A stretch of 64,000 bases of DNA from a virus (IMGVR_UViG_3300021185_002143:2221-66220); one strand, 5' to 3'. Counted from the stretch's first letter, positions 38,110-48,367 are shown. The notes: generated by a model not told the origin, from the sequence alone. A program made the numbers and translations.

Positions 38110-39741
38110 TTAGACAATCTTTAACGTGCCACCATCACTCCAGATACTCCCGCTAGGTAGACCTGTGGCTGACGTTGGAATTTGTTTAATTGAAAGGTTG
38201 TTGACGAATGTGCAGTTGCCTCTGTCTGCCGTAATTTGGCTTCCCACGATCATGGCTTCTGAGAAATTGTTAGTGTTGCTGCTTAGTCCGCCTAATATAG
38301 AAGACCACATGCCAGTTGCCGTGTTCAATGTCCCCCCTGCTACGGTGGTGTAGTATCCGCTTGCCGTATTAGTATCACCGCCAGATACTGTTGAATTTGA
38401 ACCAGATGCAGTGCAAGTCACGCCACCACCCACTGTAGAAATATAACCAGATGCAGTGTTACTCGAGCCACCTCCTACTGCGCTCTTTCTTCCCGATGCA
38501 GTATTACCACCATAAAAACCACCGCCACCTGCTACAGTAGCACCATAATCAGATGCTGTGTTGTTATTACCACCACCTACTGTGGTGTAAGTAGCGGTCG
38601 CATTGTTAGCTTGCCCTCCCGCAATCACGCTAGTGACTCCTGTTGCATTGTTTTGTCTACCACCTCCTACTACACTTGAACTATCCGTTGCTGTGTTTGT
38701 AGTACCACCACCCACAGTAGCATAAAGTCCAGTTGCTGAGTTTCTCTCACCCCCACCAACTGTAGCGTAGCCTTGCCCCATATAATTAGCAGATGCTGTG
38801 TTTTTAAAACCGCCTCCGACTGTATTGCTGTTGCCACCAGATGCTGTGTTATCAACCCCGCCGCTGATCGTAGCCGCACTACCACTCGCCACATATGCGG
38901 AGCTTGTTCGTGAAGACTGTAAATCAACAGAGTTTTCACCTCTTGAATTACCAGCTACATTACCTTCGTTAGCGGCTTGGATGTCATATGTCTGGTCAGT
39001 CCCTTGAACTGTGCCGCCTCCGCCACCGCCACCGCCAGCGGCTTGCCATGTGCCTACGCCATTTGCATCTGAGGTCATGACGTAAGTGTCAGTTGCGCCT
39101 GTTGGCATCTTGAAGCCAGAGCCAACATTTAGGTTTGGAACAAAAACTGTATTGCTTGCGTCTGAGGTTATGCCGTTACCAGCAATAATTACAGAATCAG
39201 AGTGATTCAAGTTGTGACCAAAACCTGCCAAAATAGCACCCCTAGCTGCTCCGCTTGCAGCTGTTTGATTCAAACCTCCAACTGTAGCCGTCCAGTTGGC
39301 TGCATTTTGGTGATTACTACCACCAATTACGCTTGAGCCTTGACCACTGGCCGTTGAACCATCACCACCAAGAACCTCAGAGCTCGGCCCACTAGCAGTA
39401 TTGTTTTGTCCACCTATTGCTGTAGCTGTTGCACCAGCAGCTGTATTGTTACCAGTTATGATTCGATTTCCTACACTAATGTCATTGGTTGTGGTTGCTC
39501 CGTTGCTAGTTACATCATCAAGGTTTCCAACGCTTGTGATAAATCCTGCATTGTTGGTGAGCTCTGTGATGTTGTCAGATGGCTGCAGTGCACTGTCAGC
39601 TTTGCCCCCTTGCTCTGATGTTGCGAAGTCACCAGTTGCTGCTTCGGCTGCTGTGCCTAAGCCTAGGCTCGTCCTTGCTGCTGCATTGTCAGCACTCTTT
39701 AAAAGGTTGTCTACGTCTGTTGATACGGTTACGTCTGGCAT
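38110..39741 (-). CDS. Tail fibre/spike with Gly-Asn beta-roll repeats
   Basis: AARTSLGLG tail-fibre motif; many (T/V)VGGG..NTA.G repeats. Confidence 0.8.
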   Translation of the reverse strand: MPDVTVSTDVDNLLKSADNAAARTSLGLGTAAEAATGDFATSEQGGKADSALQPSDNITELTNNAGFITSVGNLDDVTSNGATTTNDISVGNRIITGNNTAAGATATAIGGQNNTASGPSSEVLGGDGSTASGQGSSVIGGSNHQNAANWTATVGGLNQTAASGAARGAILAGFGHNLNHSDSVIIAGNGITSDASNTVFVPNLNVGSGFKMPTGATDTYVMTSDANGVGTWQAAGGGGGGGGTVQGTDQTYDIQAANEGNVAGNSRGENSVDLQSSRTSSAYVASGSAATISGGVDNTASGGNSNTVGGGFKNTASANYMGQGYATVGGGERNSATGLYATVGGGTTNTATDSSSVVGGGRQNNATGVTSVIAGGQANNATATYTTVGGGNNNTASDYGATVAGGGGFYGGNTASGRKSAVGGGSSNTASGYISTVGGGVTCTASGSNSTVSGGDTNTASGYYTTVAGGTLNTATGMWSSILGGLSSNTNNFSEAMIVGSQITADRGNCTFVNNLSIKQIPTSATGLPSGSIWSDGGTLKIV

Positions 39742-39748
39742 GATTTAA

Positions 39749-39910
39749 TTAAGGTTGAAGGTAGTAGGAAGTGCCGTCTGGCTGCTTGTATAAGCTGTTG
39801 TCTGGTTGTCTGTAATATTTTGTAATGGGTGGTGGGGAACCACCACCACCAGCAATTTGCGCCACTGCCCGTGCCGCACACTTTGCAATTGATAGAGTAA
39901 GACCTAGCAT
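39749..39910 (-). CDS. Small tail-associated protein (below ORF cutoff)
   Basis: MLGLTLSIAKCAARAVAQIAGGGGSPPPITKYYRQPD...; fills the gap and its start overlaps the upstream stop. Confidence 0.55.
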   Translation of the reverse strand: MLGLTLSIAKCAARAVAQIAGGGGSPPPITKYYRQPDNSLYKQPDGTSYYLQP

Positions 39911-40173
39911 TAGACTTGGTTATATGCAGTAACCGCTCCAGTAGCTAATGTGAAACCAGTGATCTGCCCATATAAGACATACCCAGCAGGATATGTAACA
40001 CCAGTTCCATTATCCCCGCTTGAGTCTAGCTCAGCCCATGTCAGTGCGGACAATGTGGATTCTTCGATGAAGGCCAATGCACAAAAGTCACCAGTCACGG
40101 CTCCTGTTGCAGGGAGTGCGATAGTAGCTCCAGCTTGACCGAATGCTTGCTTTTCAATATTTGAAGTTGCCAT
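39910..40173 (-). CDS. Small beta-rich virion protein
   Basis: 87 aa, ends ITGFTLATGAVTAY; leaderless-type promoter TTCACA-N17-TACATT upstream (40180-40208). Confidence 0.65.
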   Translation of the reverse strand: MATSNIEKQAFGQAGATIALPATGAVTGDFCALAFIEESTLSALTWAELDSSGDNGTGVTYPAGYVLYGQITGFTLATGAVTAYNQV

Positions 40174-40222
40174 AGAATTAATGTATCAGTAATTAGTTTC
40201 TTTGTGAATCTTAATATTTGAC

Positions 40223-43200
40223 TTAGAGTTTTGTCACAACTAGTTGGCCTGACTGAACAAGGAAGTTCGTGGTAGAACCTGAATCAATTGTCTGGTAGAC
40301 AGCTAGTCTGGCTTGACCACCAGCCGCAACATTAACAATACCGCTTACTGTTGCACTGCCAACATCTCCATTGTTTGGCATGGCCCTGTCAGCTACAAAT
40401 CCTGTTCCCGACCAGTTTGCTCCATTAAAGTAATAAATCTCGAATTGATATTCACCAGCAACGTCGGTCGTGCAGCAGATATTGGCTTCGACTCTGTAAA
40501 GGCCACCAGAAGGTATTATGATATAGTTGTTGGTTGTGGTCGGTGTGGTTCCAGAAGATGGGCCAGCAGACACCCAATCCACAGCCGTCGGTATCGTGTT
40601 ACATGATGAAGTCGCAGAGTTCGCATTGTTATAAAGCATACCATAAGTACCTCCCGTAAGGGCGTTGTCGTTACCTGCATCATCCGTAAACCAAAGCTCG
40701 TTTGGTGTTGCATCTTTAACCCAGATTTGGCCGCGACCTGCAATGTCTGCCAATGCACTGGATCTCTCAGTAATGAACAAGGGAGCAGTAATGTGCATTC
40801 CATTAGCCACTCGGAAGTTGGCTGTCCTTTCGGTGTTGCAAACGTAGTCTAAATCTTGATCGTCAGCATATATGAACTGACCGTGCTTATTCGCTACGGT
40901 GATCTTTGCTCTCCGACCAGACATGACGGTGTAGTCGGAGTAGAATAATCTGCAATCCCTGCCGCCTAATATGACTGAGTTGGATGCGTAGTATGCTGAG
41001 TTGGTTGATCCACCAATAATACTTGTGTTGGTAGAGCCGCCAAAGAATCCGTCGATATCGCAACTTGACCCACCGCCAATAAAGCAACCATAACCAGATA
41101 GGGTGTTGGAGCTGCCAGCGGCAATACAGCTATCGGTTCCGCCGTAGCCAGACATTGAGTTGCCAGATCCCGTTACGATGGCTGACCTCTGTCCTTGTAG
41201 GATGTCGTTGTCCTGACCAGCACCAACAAAAGAGTAAGATGATTGAATTTCGTTTGTTTGACCCCCAGCAATCACATTTCGTGAACCTGAACTGGTGGTG
41301 TTGATTAAATTTCCGTAACCTCCTGAGACAGTGGAGTAGGACGAATTAGTGATTCTGTTGTTTTTGCCCCCAAGGATGGAGCTTTGACCACTTGAGTCGA
41401 TCTCATTATACTCTCCAGAGACAGTGGAAGCTTGGGATGATGATCTGATAAAATTGTATCTTCCACCCGCAATCACAGAGTAGGCGGCTTGGGTGCTTAA
41501 TCCCGTTATCTGATTATACTCTCCACCACTAATAGTTGCTGCAAAGCTCTGATTGTTGTTGTTACTCCCACCTGCGACAACGGCAAAAGCCTCGTCGGTA
41601 GAGTTGTTTCCGCCTCCACCAATCACAGATGAAACGCCTTTGGACGTCTGTGTAGATGCCGCTCTAACTGCTTGCAAGTCTACAGATTTGTCTGCCGTGC
41701 CTACTGGGGCGGTTCCAGATGCGGATGCCAGCAGAACATCATAAGTAACTGACGACCCTTGAACTGTTCCTCCTCCGCCAGCCCCAATGGCTGCATCAAG
41801 CAACTCGATCTTATCGTAGATCGCATTCTTGGAGGCAGCGTTTGTTGTGTCTCCATTCCAAGTAGCTCCGTAGACAGTATTGGATGCAGCTGACCCTGAC
41901 GCAGAGATTGTTGTCCCTGACATAGTCAACCCTGTGCCAAGGTTAATCTCCTGCATGTCTCCTGCTCCAAGGGCACTGCCACGGCCTACGAGTTTAGAAG
42001 CGGTAGTAGATGAGACAAGGTTAGAGTAAGGTAGATCTCCGATGACATCAGATGTTAAGTCGATGTTGGTTATGCTGTTACCAGTGCCATCTGCGTCAAA
42101 TGTCTTGTTGGTGAGTGTCTCAGTGCTGGATGCGGTCGAGTATGTTCCCAAGTCGCTGATGTCAGCTTCAACAAGAGCGCGTCCTACGTATGAAGCACCA
42201 TCGGCCATGAGGGCAAACTTGTCAGTAACTGCTGCTGTGGTTACATCGGATAATTCGCTAAGCTCGGCGGCACCGCCGCCCGATATAATCTCCCACCCAG
42301 TCAAGCTAGATGGATTATATTCGTTGGCTATAATTAGAGTACCAATAGTCACGTCTTCGGTCCAGAACTGCCCATCGGCTGAAACAATATATGCATCCCC
42401 AGTCGCGACTGGCTCTCTTGGGGCGCTGCCATCTAGGTCTGGGGTGTTCGTGGTGGCGTTATATTCACCTTTAAATTGCATTGTGTCACTATTGGTACCT
42501 GTTAAGGAATCAACATAACTCTTTATGGAAGAAGACGTTGCTAGTTTAGAACTAGTTGCAGTAGCCATTGTGGCGTCATTAATGACCCACCCATTGCCGA
42601 GAACTGATGTCTGGTCGTCTCTGGTATATTCACCAGCAATCACATCGCTGACGGCTTGCTCGTCCGCATCTGTGAATGCGTTGGTGTTGGCTTCCAATTC
42701 GTAAGCAGTTTTAATCTCGGCCCCTGTCTGGTCAGCTGTTGCGGCAGTTTCTATGCCTGTGAGTTTTGTTTGGTCAGCATCTGTGAATGCGTTGGTGTCC
42801 AAATTTGACTCGTATGTGGTCTTAACAGTTGTGGCATTCAGCCCATTAACTACTATAGTCCATTCATTTTCTGTGGATGCATTGTTAGAATCTGCAATTA
42901 TAGTTGTCCCAACTAATAATAATTGACTGTAAAAGTTACCCTCTGTATCGACAACGTATGCGTCTCCTGCACTAATGGATATCGCCGATGGTGACGTTAA
43001 GTCAGGTGTATTAGTTAAAGCATTATAAGCACCTTTGAACGATTGGGCTACTGCATCAATTTGCAGGATTTCATTGTCTACGTATGACTTGACGCTGGCC
43101 TGTGTGGGAACTTTTGTTGTAGAGTTACTAGATAAAGTTACTTCATCTAAAACCCATGAGGTGCTGCTCACGTCTACGTCAGTTGTCCTAACGACAATAT

Positions 43201-43840
43201 TGTTATCTGTAATTTCAGATAGGGGATGGTTGTGTGAAACCGCTGCAAATGCTGTAGCGTCTTGCAACGCTGTGTCAGCTAGGTCGCCTTGTGCTGATGT
43301 TGCAAATGCTGTTGGATCTTGCAACGCTGTGGTTGCTAAAGTACCTTGCGCTGCTGTGGCAAAGTCGGTTGTATCTGCTGCGGCTGCTGTGCCTCTGTCT
43401 GAGATGTCGGAAAGGGTGTGGGTGTGTGCGGTCGGGTCACGGTCATCTGACAACCTAGAGTCATTACCTTTGACAACTTCTCCATCTGCTGCATTACCGA
43501 CTGTAGCTACATCAAGGCCAGCGGAGCTACCAGAACCAGTGATTTCTGATAGTGTGTGACTGTGTGTGGTTGGGGTTCTTGAATCACTCAGCCTTGGGTC
43601 GGTGGTGTCGATCAACGTGGCATCGGTAATGTCTGCATTAATAGACGCGAGATTACCTGCTTGAATGGCGTTGTCTGCCTTGGTTCCTTGCGTGGATGTG
43701 GCAAAATCACTTGTATTAGCTGAAGCAGCTGTGCCAGCATCGTTAATATCTGATAAAACGTGATCATGTATCACGTCTGCTTTTCCTTCTAGAGATCCAG
43801 AGACCCCTGTTAGCTTAATAACTTTGATTGGGTTGGACAT
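40223..43840 (-). CDS. Long tail fibre protein
   Basis: H.H.LS.I repeats, DFAT..QG..A..A repeats, NAFTDA repeats, GG..N beta-roll, C-terminal jelly-roll-like domain. Confidence 0.85.
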   Translation of the reverse strand: MSNPIKVIKLTGVSGSLEGKADVIHDHVLSDINDAGTAASANTSDFATSTQGTKADNAIQAGNLASINADITDATLIDTTDPRLSDSRTPTTHSHTLSEITGSGSSAGLDVATVGNAADGEVVKGNDSRLSDDRDPTAHTHTLSDISDRGTAAAADTTDFATAAQGTLATTALQDPTAFATSAQGDLADTALQDATAFAAVSHNHPLSEITDNNIVVRTTDVDVSSTSWVLDEVTLSSNSTTKVPTQASVKSYVDNEILQIDAVAQSFKGAYNALTNTPDLTSPSAISISAGDAYVVDTEGNFYSQLLLVGTTIIADSNNASTENEWTIVVNGLNATTVKTTYESNLDTNAFTDADQTKLTGIETAATADQTGAEIKTAYELEANTNAFTDADEQAVSDVIAGEYTRDDQTSVLGNGWVINDATMATATSSKLATSSSIKSYVDSLTGTNSDTMQFKGEYNATTNTPDLDGSAPREPVATGDAYIVSADGQFWTEDVTIGTLIIANEYNPSSLTGWEIISGGGAAELSELSDVTTAAVTDKFALMADGASYVGRALVEADISDLGTYSTASSTETLTNKTFDADGTGNSITNIDLTSDVIGDLPYSNLVSSTTASKLVGRGSALGAGDMQEINLGTGLTMSGTTISASGSAASNTVYGATWNGDTTNAASKNAIYDKIELLDAAIGAGGGGTVQGSSVTYDVLLASASGTAPVGTADKSVDLQAVRAASTQTSKGVSSVIGGGGNNSTDEAFAVVAGGSNNNNQSFAATISGGEYNQITGLSTQAAYSVIAGGRYNFIRSSSQASTVSGEYNEIDSSGQSSILGGKNNRITNSSYSTVSGGYGNLINTTSSGSRNVIAGGQTNEIQSSYSFVGAGQDNDILQGQRSAIVTGSGNSMSGYGGTDSCIAAGSSNTLSGYGCFIGGGSSCDIDGFFGGSTNTSIIGGSTNSAYYASNSVILGGRDCRLFYSDYTVMSGRRAKITVANKHGQFIYADDQDLDYVCNTERTANFRVANGMHITAPLFITERSSALADIAGRGQIWVKDATPNELWFTDDAGNDNALTGGTYGMLYNNANSATSSCNTIPTAVDWVSAGPSSGTTPTTTNNYIIIPSGGLYRVEANICCTTDVAGEYQFEIYYFNGANWSGTGFVADRAMPNNGDVGSATVSGIVNVAAGGQARLAVYQTIDSGSTTNFLVQSGQLVVTKL

Positions 43841-43841
43841 A

Positions 43842-44171
43842 CTAGTGGGTAATGTGTTTGGAAGTTGTTAGGACAATGTCATCCGAGTAATGAATGTCTC
43901 CGCCCCCATCAGTAAACTTAATGTCAAACACTAAGGTCATTTCTGGTGGCAGGTTTAAAGTGTCAGATGCAGGTGCGTAGACACGTACCTGTCCAGCCGA
44001 GGCGGCGGTATCATCAATATTGAACGAGATAAGGGTCTCGTTACTGGCGGCAAGTTTCAGGTCACTTGCGAAGGACCACAAAGAGAGATCAATAGGTTGA
44101 TCTAGCTCATCTACACAGAGGCAAGTCTGAGAAAATGTAGAACCCCTCTTGATCTCTATTTCGATAGACAT
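43842..44171 (-). CDS. Small beta-sandwich structural protein (BppU N-terminal-like)
   Basis: IKRGSTF......D....PIDLS, ...FDIKFTD pattern. Confidence 0.55.
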   Translation of the reverse strand: MSIEIEIKRGSTFSQTCLCVDELDQPIDLSLWSFASDLKLAASNETLISFNIDDTAASAGQVRVYAPASDTLNLPPEMTLVFDIKFTDGGGDIHYSDDIVLTTSKHITH

Positions 44172-44174
44172 TAT

Positions 44175-44546
44175 TTAAGCGTATTCCTCTTTGTCTTTGT
44201 CTTCGTCGTCTTCGTCGTCTTCAGCGATTGCTTGTTCTACTGCGGTCGCGAAGTCGGCTTCTTCGTCTTCGTCTTCGGGTGCCTCTTCTTGGGGCTCTCC
44301 CTCAGTCATTTCCTCGGACATTTCTTCAACCATCTCTTCGTCGGCAGGTGCTCCTTCAGCAGGTGCTTCTTCGGCAGGTGCTTCTTCGCCTCCTTCGACT
44401 AATGCTTCGGCTTCAGCTACTGCTTGGTCCGCTTTGATCTGCATTTGTTGTGCCTCAAGCTGTAGAACTTCCGCTTTAGCGCGGGCTAGTTCTGCTTCGA
44501 TAGCGGCGGCGAAATTGTCAGGCTCTTCTTTAGGTTGGTTGTCCAT
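44175..44546 (-). CDS. Highly acidic hypothetical protein
   Basis: 123 aa E/D/A-rich, directly after the capsid gene. Confidence 0.6.
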   Translation of the reverse strand: MDNQPKEEPDNFAAAIEAELARAKAEVLQLEAQQMQIKADQAVAEAEALVEGGEEAPAEEAPAEGAPADEEMVEEMSEEMTEGEPQEEAPEDEDEEADFATAVEQAIAEDDEDDEDKDKEEYA

Positions 44547-44558
44547 GAGGTAAAAGGT

Positions 44559-44593
44559 GTTGTGGGGGGTATAGATTTTATACCCCCCACAAC
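44559..44593 (-). terminator. Strong hairpin/terminator after the major capsid gene
   Basis: Perfect 15-bp stem GTTGTGGGGGGTATA / TATACCCCCCACAAC followed by ACCTTTT on the minus strand. Confidence 0.8.
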
Positions 44594-44612
44594 GGTTAGT
44601 TTGTTTTAGCGA

Positions 44613-45983
44613 TTAGGCTGCTGGTGTAGCAGAGTCACGCTTGAATAGGACTACATAGCCGAACTCAGTTTTGATTGGCTTGGATGCAGAAGCAAGGATG
44701 CCACGGAAGAAACCAGTGGTTCCATCAGGGTTCTTATCTTCGTGCGGGATGTTCAACCAGTTGAACTTACCCTTGTAATCACAAGCCTCGAAGCTCAGAC
44801 CGTTGGATCCACTGAATGGGTTAGGAATCTGGGACTCCATGACCTCTGAGTGAAGAACGAATGCTGCTTCGATAGGTGCTACCTCGTATTCTGCGTTGTC
44901 AACAACGATGCCACCGACACTCATGCTGTAAGGCATAACGCGTGTGAGGACACCAGCAGCGATTGTGTAACGAGGAGCGAGATCGTCAACCATGTGGTAG
45001 TAACCACGGAAGGACTTCTCAACACCAAGCGGAGCAATGAGCTCGCTGACTTTAGCTGCGTTGTAACGTACGTCATCACGGAAGCCTGACTCAGTCTGGA
45101 GAGCGTATGAAGCCTCAGAAGAACAGACAAGTGCGAAGACTGGGCGACCATTCTCGCGACCATAAGCATCACGGCCAGCACCCTTGCGGACGTTCTGGTA
45201 GTAAACTTTGTCGAGGAGGGCGTTGGAGATATTGGCATCTGGAGAGATGTCAGTGTCGCCTACACCAGAAGTGGTGAGATCCATGCTACCAGCAACAGAT
45301 ACATCTTCAAATGCTTGGGCTGAAGTGCCGTCACCGTTGCCATCAACGATTGAGCTAACTACAGAACCAGCAGTTTGAGCACATACAAGGTTACCAGCAA
45401 GACGCTCGTACTCATCACGATAACGGTTTTCCCATGTGTAGGCGGTAGCCTCAGTCATGAGATCCATGATAGCGCGGAGCTGGTCTTGGCGGTGAGCAGC
45501 GTAACGTAGGTCCTCCAAAGAAATCTTAGGAGACTCAACTGTTGCGCGGCGTAGGGTGTATGGCTTCAGCTTACGGCTGAAGTTGATGTATGAACGCTGA
45601 TCTTGAGCAAGGTCTGTGGCAGGACTTGCAGTATCACCACCGTTGTTACCAGCGAACTGATTAGCTGCACCAGCGAGTGGCTGGTCGCCTACAAGTTGAG
45701 ACTGGTTTAGGGTAGATGATGTCTCAGTGATAGCGATGTCATGCCAGTTAACACCTTGGCTACCTCCGATGGAAGTAGTAGGTAGAGCACGATCATAGAT
45801 CATTGTCTGTTGTGTGTAGCCCATGCCTTCTGGGAAGGGTGACTGCTTGATAAGATCCATCCACGCAGATGTGTGGAGGGTTCGTTTGTGGATGTCAGCT
45901 CCGATGCGTCCAGCTTCCTGAACGAGGGCTGCGTCGATTGCGGTGATACCTGTGTCGGTTACACCTCCTTGGAATGTTGCCAT
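44613..45983 (-). CDS. Major capsid protein
   Basis: 456 aa after portal and scaffold, long upstream leader, strong downstream hairpin; call is mainly positional. Confidence 0.75.
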   Translation of the reverse strand: MATFQGGVTDTGITAIDAALVQEAGRIGADIHKRTLHTSAWMDLIKQSPFPEGMGYTQQTMIYDRALPTTSIGGSQGVNWHDIAITETSSTLNQSQLVGDQPLAGAANQFAGNNGGDTASPATDLAQDQRSYINFSRKLKPYTLRRATVESPKISLEDLRYAAHRQDQLRAIMDLMTEATAYTWENRYRDEYERLAGNLVCAQTAGSVVSSIVDGNGDGTSAQAFEDVSVAGSMDLTTSGVGDTDISPDANISNALLDKVYYQNVRKGAGRDAYGRENGRPVFALVCSSEASYALQTESGFRDDVRYNAAKVSELIAPLGVEKSFRGYYHMVDDLAPRYTIAAGVLTRVMPYSMSVGGIVVDNAEYEVAPIEAAFVLHSEVMESQIPNPFSGSNGLSFEACDYKGKFNWLNIPHEDKNPDGTTGFFRGILASASKPIKTEFGYVVLFKRDSATPAA

Positions 45984-46098
45984 TTTATTAGTTGGTTTTT
46001 AGTTGGTTGTATTTAATGTGCCTGTCATATACGACAGACAACGAGGTTTGTGTATCAATTGCGATACACGATGTCTTTTTTAGGGACGGTTACCTTTA

Positions 46099-46217
46099 AA
46101 TAGAACTACTTATGGCTAGAGCGACCGATGGTATCCGATATGTAGATGAGATAAAACTCGTGTAACTTCTCGGAGTCTAATAGAACTAATTAATGGCTAG
46201 AGCAACCTATCCGATAT
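46099..46217 (-). promoter_or_regulatory. Tandem ~28-nt motif in the capsid gene leader
   Basis: aatagaactacttatggctagagcgacc (46099) and aatagaactaattaatggctagagcaacc (46179), each followed by tatccgatat. Confidence 0.6.
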
Positions 46218-46236
46218 ATTACGGATTCATTTAACC

Positions 46237-46270
46237 AAAAAAGTCCCACACCGTCAAGGGACAATGTGGG
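46237..46270 (-). terminator. Intrinsic terminator after the scaffold gene
   Basis: CCCACATTGTC-CCTT-GACGGTGTGGG then ACTTTTTT on the minus strand. Confidence 0.7.
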
Positions 46271-46368
46271 GTGACAAGGTAAGTGGGAGGCGAATAAACA
46301 TATGAAAAAAACCTACCACCTACCTTGACGGACCACAACACGGGGACACTACAACCCCTCAGTGGAAA

Positions 46369-47559
46369 TTATTGACCACCAAGTATAGACTCGATGGATG
46401 AAGCGAAGTCACCACTCTTTGAAGCGGAGCCAGCTAGTGGTGCAGAGTTAGTTCCACCTGATAGCTTAGGCTCTGCATCTTCGTATGATGCAAGCTTGCT
46501 AGTAAGTTCTTCGATGAGCTTCTGTGATGAGGCGTACTCTTTGACCATTGATGGTAAAAGGCGGGCGGCTACTGCTTGGTAAGCAAAGTCTACTGAGTGC
46601 ACGACTGTTGGGTCTACATCAGCTGCTTCTTTCTGGATGCCTTCTAGGTCTAGTCCCTCGAAGCCAGATAAGAAAGGTACCTTGTCCTTGATTCTTTGTG
46701 TGACGTTCTTAGTTACCTCAACACGCTGTGCGGCTCGGTCGGCGAGTGCTATCTTCTCACGCTCTTCTGAAACTAGGTTTGCCTCACGTAACGCCTCGTC
46801 TGCGTTTGACCGTAGGTTGTCACGTCGCTGTAGGATCGGGTCAATCTCTGCGGCTAGTCTGTAGAATACAGCCTTGTCGCGATCTGATGCTGTGGCCATG
46901 AGCTCGGCTACAACTTCTTCCTGCTGTGCCGCATCCTCGATGGTCATTGCATCTACGAGGTCCTCGTAATCTACGCCGTGTGCTTCAGCTAGCTTTTCTA
47001 CGCCAGTAAAGATCTGCTCCAACGGCTGCATGACTGCCTCATTGTATGCATCGGTCTGCTCCAAGCTGGTCAGCATTTGCTGGTTCTCATACTCTTGGAC
47101 ACGTTGTTGTAAAGTTTCTACGGTCTCGTTGCCTACCACGCCTTCGAGCTCGGCTACTTTAGCCTCTGCTTCTTTTGCTCTTTGCGTAAGTGACTCACGC
47201 TCAACACGTTCTGACTTAAGTTCTGTCTTGAGTCGCTGGAATGCGGAACTAGCTTTCGGTGTCCAGTCATCACCGACGTCGGCGTCGAGTGAATCAAGTA
47301 GATCGGATGTCTCTTCGGTGGACTCCTCCTTGGTTGCCTCTGGTGTCTCCTCAGTTGCTTCTGCTTCTGGGGTGGACTCTTCTGTTGCTGGTTCTTCCTC
47401 CTGTACAGGTGCTTCTTCGGCTGGCTCATCAACAGCGTTGATGCTTGCCTCGAGGGCTGCTTCAAATGAGAAGTCAGCTGATTCACCGCCATCCACTTCA
47501 GGGATGGCGGCTACTGGGTCAGCTGGGGCGGATTCGGGTGCGGGTGCAGTATCAGACAT
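46369..47559 (-). CDS. Capsid scaffolding protein
   Basis: Acidic disordered N-terminus plus coiled coil, between portal and MCP. Confidence 0.7.
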   Translation of the reverse strand: MSDTAPAPESAPADPVAAIPEVDGGESADFSFEAALEASINAVDEPAEEAPVQEEEPATEESTPEAEATEETPEATKEESTEETSDLLDSLDADVGDDWTPKASSAFQRLKTELKSERVERESLTQRAKEAEAKVAELEGVVGNETVETLQQRVQEYENQQMLTSLEQTDAYNEAVMQPLEQIFTGVEKLAEAHGVDYEDLVDAMTIEDAAQQEEVVAELMATASDRDKAVFYRLAAEIDPILQRRDNLRSNADEALREANLVSEEREKIALADRAAQRVEVTKNVTQRIKDKVPFLSGFEGLDLEGIQKEAADVDPTVVHSVDFAYQAVAARLLPSMVKEYASSQKLIEELTSKLASYEDAEPKLSGGTNSAPLAGSASKSGDFASSIESILGGQ

Positions 47560-47574
47560 TATAATGTTGTTTTG

Positions 47575-47895
47575 TTATTGTAGGTGGTCCCATTCAGTTG
47601 TGCTGAATGTTTGGTTTAGGTTTGCTGGGGCTGAGCAAAGTTTTCGTAAATCATCGAACGCGTCACAGTAACCAGCAAAGACTGCGTGGTTCATGGAGTT
47701 GGTCTCGGTGTTTCTAATGGATCCTCGGGTGGGTCGTGCGTTCTCTTTAAGAACGGCCTCTGCCTTGCGGAACACTTCGCTGTTCATCAGCTCTTTTAAT
47801 GATCCTGCGTTACCACTGGCGTACCATCCCTTGACACTTGAGTCTACTGGGATCGGCTCGAGTGGGAATGATTGTGGTTCTTTCTTACGGAACAT
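47575..47895 (-). CDS. Small head-region hypothetical protein
   Basis: Likely start MFRKK; typical small gene between portal and scaffold. Confidence 0.6.
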   Translation of the reverse strand: MFRKKEPQSFPLEPIPVDSSVKGWYASGNAGSLKELMNSEVFRKAEAVLKENARPTRGSIRNTETNSMNHAVFAGYCDAFDDLRKLCSAPANLNQTFSTTEWDHLQ

Positions 47896-47927
47896 GGGTT
47901 GAATATTAGGGACTTGATTCCCAATGT

Positions 47928-48356
47928 TCAAGGTAAATCGTTAAGTATTTCCCAGTTATCTCTGGGGCTGTCTATTAGATTCCAGCTCATTGAAGAAGGA
48001 CCAATGATGTCTGTTAGAGGATACAGGGCAAAGGCTTCGTGTTCAGCGATGTACATAGCCATGTAATCGAAGTCCCCTTCTTTATATAAAGTGTAGCGTG
48101 GCTTGCCTGTGTTGTTTACCCTGCGCAGACTCGACGGCTTCCCTGAACCTATAATAACTTTCCAGCGTTCTTTGTGCGTTGGCTTGACCTGCTTTTGCTT
48201 GGCACCTTTCTTGACCTGAATCATGATGGGCTTGCACCCAGCCTTGCGGATGATCACATCCGTTTTAGTATTATGGGACGTGGGCAGGAACGCCTCGTAG
48301 CCGTGCAGGGTGGCCTGATATACAAAGGCGGCTTCGGCTACGTCTCCTGTGTTCAA
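47928..48356 (-). CDS. PD-(D/E)XK endonuclease (homing-type)
   Basis: GDVAE, D.II, IQVK, Y....FD motifs. Confidence 0.75.
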   Translation of the reverse strand: MNTGDVAEAAFVYQATLHGYEAFLPTSHNTKTDVIIRKAGCKPIMIQVKKGAKQKQVKPTHKERWKVIIGSGKPSSLRRVNNTGKPRYTLYKEGDFDYMAMYIAEHEAFALYPLTDIIGPSSMSWNLIDSPRDNWEILNDLP

Positions 48357-48367
48357 ATAGTTTGGGG

